From Gammaproteobacteria bacterium (GTDB lineage Bacteria; Pseudomonadota; Gammaproteobacteria; Eutrophobiales; Eutrophobiaceae), in assembly GCA_047517145.1 (NCBI GenBank), contig JAKZTI010000009.1:818-64817 (forward strand): 64,000 nucleotides of DNA, read 5' to 3'. Below are positions 61,212 to 64,000 of the stretch, in pieces. How positions within the stretch are numbered: position 1 is the first letter of the stretch; each line of letters begins with the position of its first letter. Below the pieces are notes generated by a model. It ran no database searches. It saw nothing but the letters and a program-made list of their open reading frames with translations, and was not told where the DNA came from. The position numbers and the translations under genes were made by a program.

Positions 61212-63221
61212 ATGAATCATAAGCAAACAGAAGATAACATCCCCATCAACAGCCTTTACTGGTTAGGGGCAGGACTGGTTCTATCTACACTTCCTCATAG
61301 CCTGAGGATTCCTTTCTGGATCATGCCGCTTTTCCTGGCGCTTTGTGCATGGAAACTCTATTTGTCCTCTCAAAAACATTTAAAAGAAAAGAAATTTTTT
61401 ATCACTAAAATTTTAGTATTTATCCTCCTGGTAGTTGGAGTTACCGGAATTTTTCAGCATTTTGGCACGCTTCTTGGCCGCAAAGCTGGTGTTTCGCTAC
61501 TGGTATTACTGGCAGGATTTAAAATCTTTGAAATTAATCATGAACGAGATTTTTATGTAGGCTGTTTTCTTGGTTACTTTCTGGTTATAACAAATTTTCT
61601 ATTCACACAAACCATTGGCACTGCTGTTTATATGGCTTGCACAGTGTTAGTGATGACCCTAAGCCTGGTCTTATTTAATGACACGCAAGGAAAATTGTCT
61701 GCCAAAGCTTCAGGTAAAATCGCCGCAGCATTATTGCTGCAATCCATCCCTGTTATGCTTATTTTGTTTTTTTTATTCCCACGAATATCAGGCCCACTAT
61801 GGGGAATGCCAGATGATGCACATTCAGGCCTGACCGGGATCGATGATGAAATGTCACCCGGTACTATTAGTCAACTGATACAAAGTAATGAAGTTGCTTT
61901 TCGTGCTGATTTCAGGAAGTCACAGCCAGAACAATCGCAACTCTATTGGCGCGGCCCGGTACTCTTGCATACGGATGGCACAACATGGAGTAGAGGGAAA
62001 TCTGAATATCATGGTGCTACATCATTACAAACATTATCAGATCCAGTTATCTATACCGTTACTCTGGAGCCTCATAATAAAGAATGGCTTTATGCGCTTG
62101 ATATGCCCGGTCAGAATCCTGAGTTGGAGACTGGACAAAGCTGGCTGACGTCTGACTTTCAATTACTCACTAGAAACCCTGTGACGCGAAGAATACGTTA
62201 TGACATAACTTCCTATCCAGAATACAGGATTACTGAATTATATGATGGTGAATTACAAATCGCCCTGCAACTACCACAGCGACAACATGGCAAGACAAAA
62301 GCGCTGATTCACCAGTGGCAAAATGAAGGCCTGTCGCAAGACCAAATCATTGATCGCGCATTAAGATTGTTTAATGAAGATGATTTTTATTACACCTTGC
62401 GTCCTCCTCTTCTGGAATACGATCGGGTCGATGAGTTTCTTTTCGAAACAAAACAGGGTTTTTGTGAGCACTACGCGAGTGCATTCGCTGTCATGATGAG
62501 AGCAGCCGGGATTCCTGCGCGTATTGTGCTTGGTTATCAGGGTGGTGAATATAACCCCGTTGGAGATTACATTATCGTTCATCAACGAAATGCACACGCG
62601 TGGACAGAGGTCTGGAGGCAAGGACAAGGCTGGACACGCATAGATCCAACCGCAGCTGTCTCACCCCTAAGAATATTAGAAGGAATCGAAAGTGCACTTC
62701 CCGGTTACATTTTTAATGTGCCATTGGTATTTAGTCAAAATAGTTTCACCAGAAAAATATGGCAACACCTGAGCCTCCGGTGGGACGCTGTTAACAATCA
62801 ATGGAACCAATGGGTCATTAATTATGGACCAAAACGGCAGAAAGAATTTCTTGGTCAATTCGGATTACAGGACATCAACTGGAGCAGTATGATTTTTCTT
62901 ATCATGGCGTTTTCTGCTGTGATATTTCTTTATCTGACATTCATCCTGCTGAGGACAGTTCCTCGAAATAGAGACCCGGTTAAAAGCTTATATAATCAAT
63001 TCTGCAAAAAATTATCGCGTTGTGGAATCCATCATCATGTTTACGAAGGCCCCGTTGATTTTGCCAGACGTGCCTCAGGAAAAAGAAGTGATCTTGCGCC
63101 ACAGATAAAAGAAATTACGGATACGTACGTTGCAATTAGATATGGTTCCAGTATGGAGAAGATCCCCGCAATGCAGGAACAAATTCGGGCATTCAGGCCA
63201 TCGAGCAACTACCACTCATAA
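61212..63221 (+). CDS. tgpA: transglutaminase-like protein TgpA (DUF3488 N-terminal membrane domain, transglutaminase core, DUF4129)
   Basis: About 670 aa, polytopic at the N-terminus, with the transglutaminase catalytic Cys region (GFCEHYASAFAVMMRAAGIPARIVLGYQGG). Start set to the ATG at 61212. Confidence 0.82.
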   Translation: MNHKQTEDNIPINSLYWLGAGLVLSTLPHSLRIPFWIMPLFLALCAWKLYLSSQKHLKEKKFFITKILVFILLVVGVTGIFQHFGTLLGRKAGVSLLVLLAGFKIFEINHERDFYVGCFLGYFLVITNFLFTQTIGTAVYMACTVLVMTLSLVLFNDTQGKLSAKASGKIAAALLLQSIPVMLILFFLFPRISGPLWGMPDDAHSGLTGIDDEMSPGTISQLIQSNEVAFRADFRKSQPEQSQLYWRGPVLLHTDGTTWSRGKSEYHGATSLQTLSDPVIYTVTLEPHNKEWLYALDMPGQNPELETGQSWLTSDFQLLTRNPVTRRIRYDITSYPEYRITELYDGELQIALQLPQRQHGKTKALIHQWQNEGLSQDQIIDRALRLFNEDDFYYTLRPPLLEYDRVDEFLFETKQGFCEHYASAFAVMMRAAGIPARIVLGYQGGEYNPVGDYIIVHQRNAHAWTEVWRQGQGWTRIDPTAAVSPLRILEGIESALPGYIFNVPLVFSQNSFTRKIWQHLSLRWDAVNNQWNQWVINYGPKRQKEFLGQFGLQDINWSSMIFLIMAFSAVIFLYLTFILLRTVPRNRDPVKSLYNQFCKKLSRCGIHHHVYEGPVDFARRASGKRSDLAPQIKEITDTYVAIRYGSSMEKIPAMQEQIRAFRPSSNYHS

Positions 63222-63228
63222 AGGCACA

Positions 63229-64000
63229 TTAGATATTAAACTGCAATTGATGCAACCGCGCATACGTACCATTATGTTTGATCAATTCACTATGTGTGCC
63301 AGTCTCAACAATCGCACCATTATCGATCACAATAATACGATCTGCATTTTCGATTGTTGATAAACGATGGGCAATAATCAGACATGTCCTGCCTTCTTTA
63401 ACCTCTTCCAGTGCCAACTGAATCTGCCTTTCCGAATGTGTGTCCAGAGACGAGGTTGCCTCATCCATAATCAGCACTGGAGCATCTTTAAGCAATGCCC
63501 TTGCAATGGCTAACCTTTGACGTTGTCCTCCGGATAGCTTCAGGCCTTTCTCTCCAATGAACGTATCAAGACCATCCTCAAGCTCTTCAATAAACTCCAT
63601 CGCATGCGCAGACCTGGCTGCTGCAATAATTGATGCTTCACTACAACCATGCAACCCACCGTAAGCGATATTGTTTCTCACAGTATCGTTAAATAAAACA
63701 ACCTCCTGACTAACCAGTGCTATGTTTTGGCGTAAAGATTCGAGTGATATATCCTGAATCTCTTTCCCGTCCAGCAATATTTTTCCTTCTGATCCTGCAT
63801 AAAACAGGGGAACCAGATTTGCTAAAGTTGATTTACCACTGCCGGATGCGCCGACCAGAGCAATGGTCTCACCTGGCTTGATATGCATGGAAACATTAAC
63901 TAATGCTTTTTGGTTATTGCCCTGATAGCTGAAGTTTACATTGCAGAATTCTATTTCACCTTTTGCTCTTTCCAGAGTTTGTTTGCCCACATCAGGCTCG
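63229..64000 (-). CDS. ABC transporter permease/ATPase (MsbA-like), C-terminal nucleotide-binding domain; 5' part lies beyond the window end
   Basis: Walker A (GASGSGKST), ABC signature (LSGGQRQR) and Walker B (ILIMDEATS). The ORF is still open at the window end. Confidence 0.85.
   Translation of the reverse strand, partial: EPDVGKQTLERAKGEIEFCNVNFSYQGNNQKALVNVSMHIKPGETIALVGASGSGKSTLANLVPLFYAGSEGKILLDGKEIQDISLESLRQNIALVSQEVVLFNDTVRNNIAYGGLHGCSEASIIAAARSAHAMEFIEELEDGLDTFIGEKGLKLSGGQRQRLAIARALLKDAPVLIMDEATSSLDTHSERQIQLALEEVKEGRTCLIIAHRLSTIENADRIIVIDNGAIVETGTHSELIKHNGTYARLHQLQFNI

Noticed and set aside
1-64000. Mobile elements, prophage, CRISPR arrays, rRNA
   Set aside because: No transposase, integrase, phage structural or Cas-like ORFs were found. 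No regularly spaced direct repeats or rRNA-like sequence were seen. The only repeats are the 26-bp promoter-proximal motif (3 copies) and the tRNA fragment.

Overview
This is a roughly 42% GC gammaproteobacterial chromosomal segment. Its housekeeping synteny resembles Pseudomonadales. Gene order: gltD (5' end)/gltB; a dGTPase-like HD hydrolase; aroB-aroK; the type IV pilus operon pilQPONM divergent from ponA; priA; a periplasmic rhodanese; argS plus a SPOR protein; tRNA-Gly(CCC); a receiver/MBL pair; thiS-thiG-trmB; a HAD hydrolase; cysQ; a PII-like/DUF1538 transporter operon; dgkA; tpx; a porin/FMN-binding/PepSY operon; lemA plus a membrane protein; prlC; an SH3 protein; xthA; rpmE; an SNase-like nuclease; an M48 peptidase; engB; cytochrome c4 with system II cytochrome c biogenesis (resB/ccsA) and dsbA; an esterase; msrA; a DUF294-type nucleotidyltransferase/yaiI/GT2 cluster; tRNA-Arg(CCG); cytochrome c5; an orphan TRAP substrate-binding protein; uvrD; pmbA; sthA; moxR-DUF58-transglutaminase; and a partial msbA-like ABC gene. 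I found no transposases, integrases, CRISPR arrays or rRNA. The most interesting candidates are: (1) a Fur-box-preceded operon of a porin, a secreted FMN-binding-domain protein and a PepSY-TM protein (putative iron-regulated extracytoplasmic flavoprotein system); (2) an internally duplicated DUF1538-type membrane protein co-operonic with two divergent PII-like proteins; (3) a c5-c4 triheme fusion plus a second, membrane-anchored c5 paralog; (4) a pseudo-receiver (phospho-acceptor Asp replaced by Asn) translationally coupled to an MBL-fold hydrolase; (5) a 590-bp convergent intergenic region with inverted perfect DnaA boxes and a triple-hairpin terminator-like element (candidate sRNA); (6) a 26-bp motif repeated three times about 35-50 bp upstream of minus-strand transcription units; and (7) apparent frameshifts in pilQ and a ybcJ-like gene. 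All calls rest on reading the translated ORFs and DNA motifs by eye; no database searches were run.
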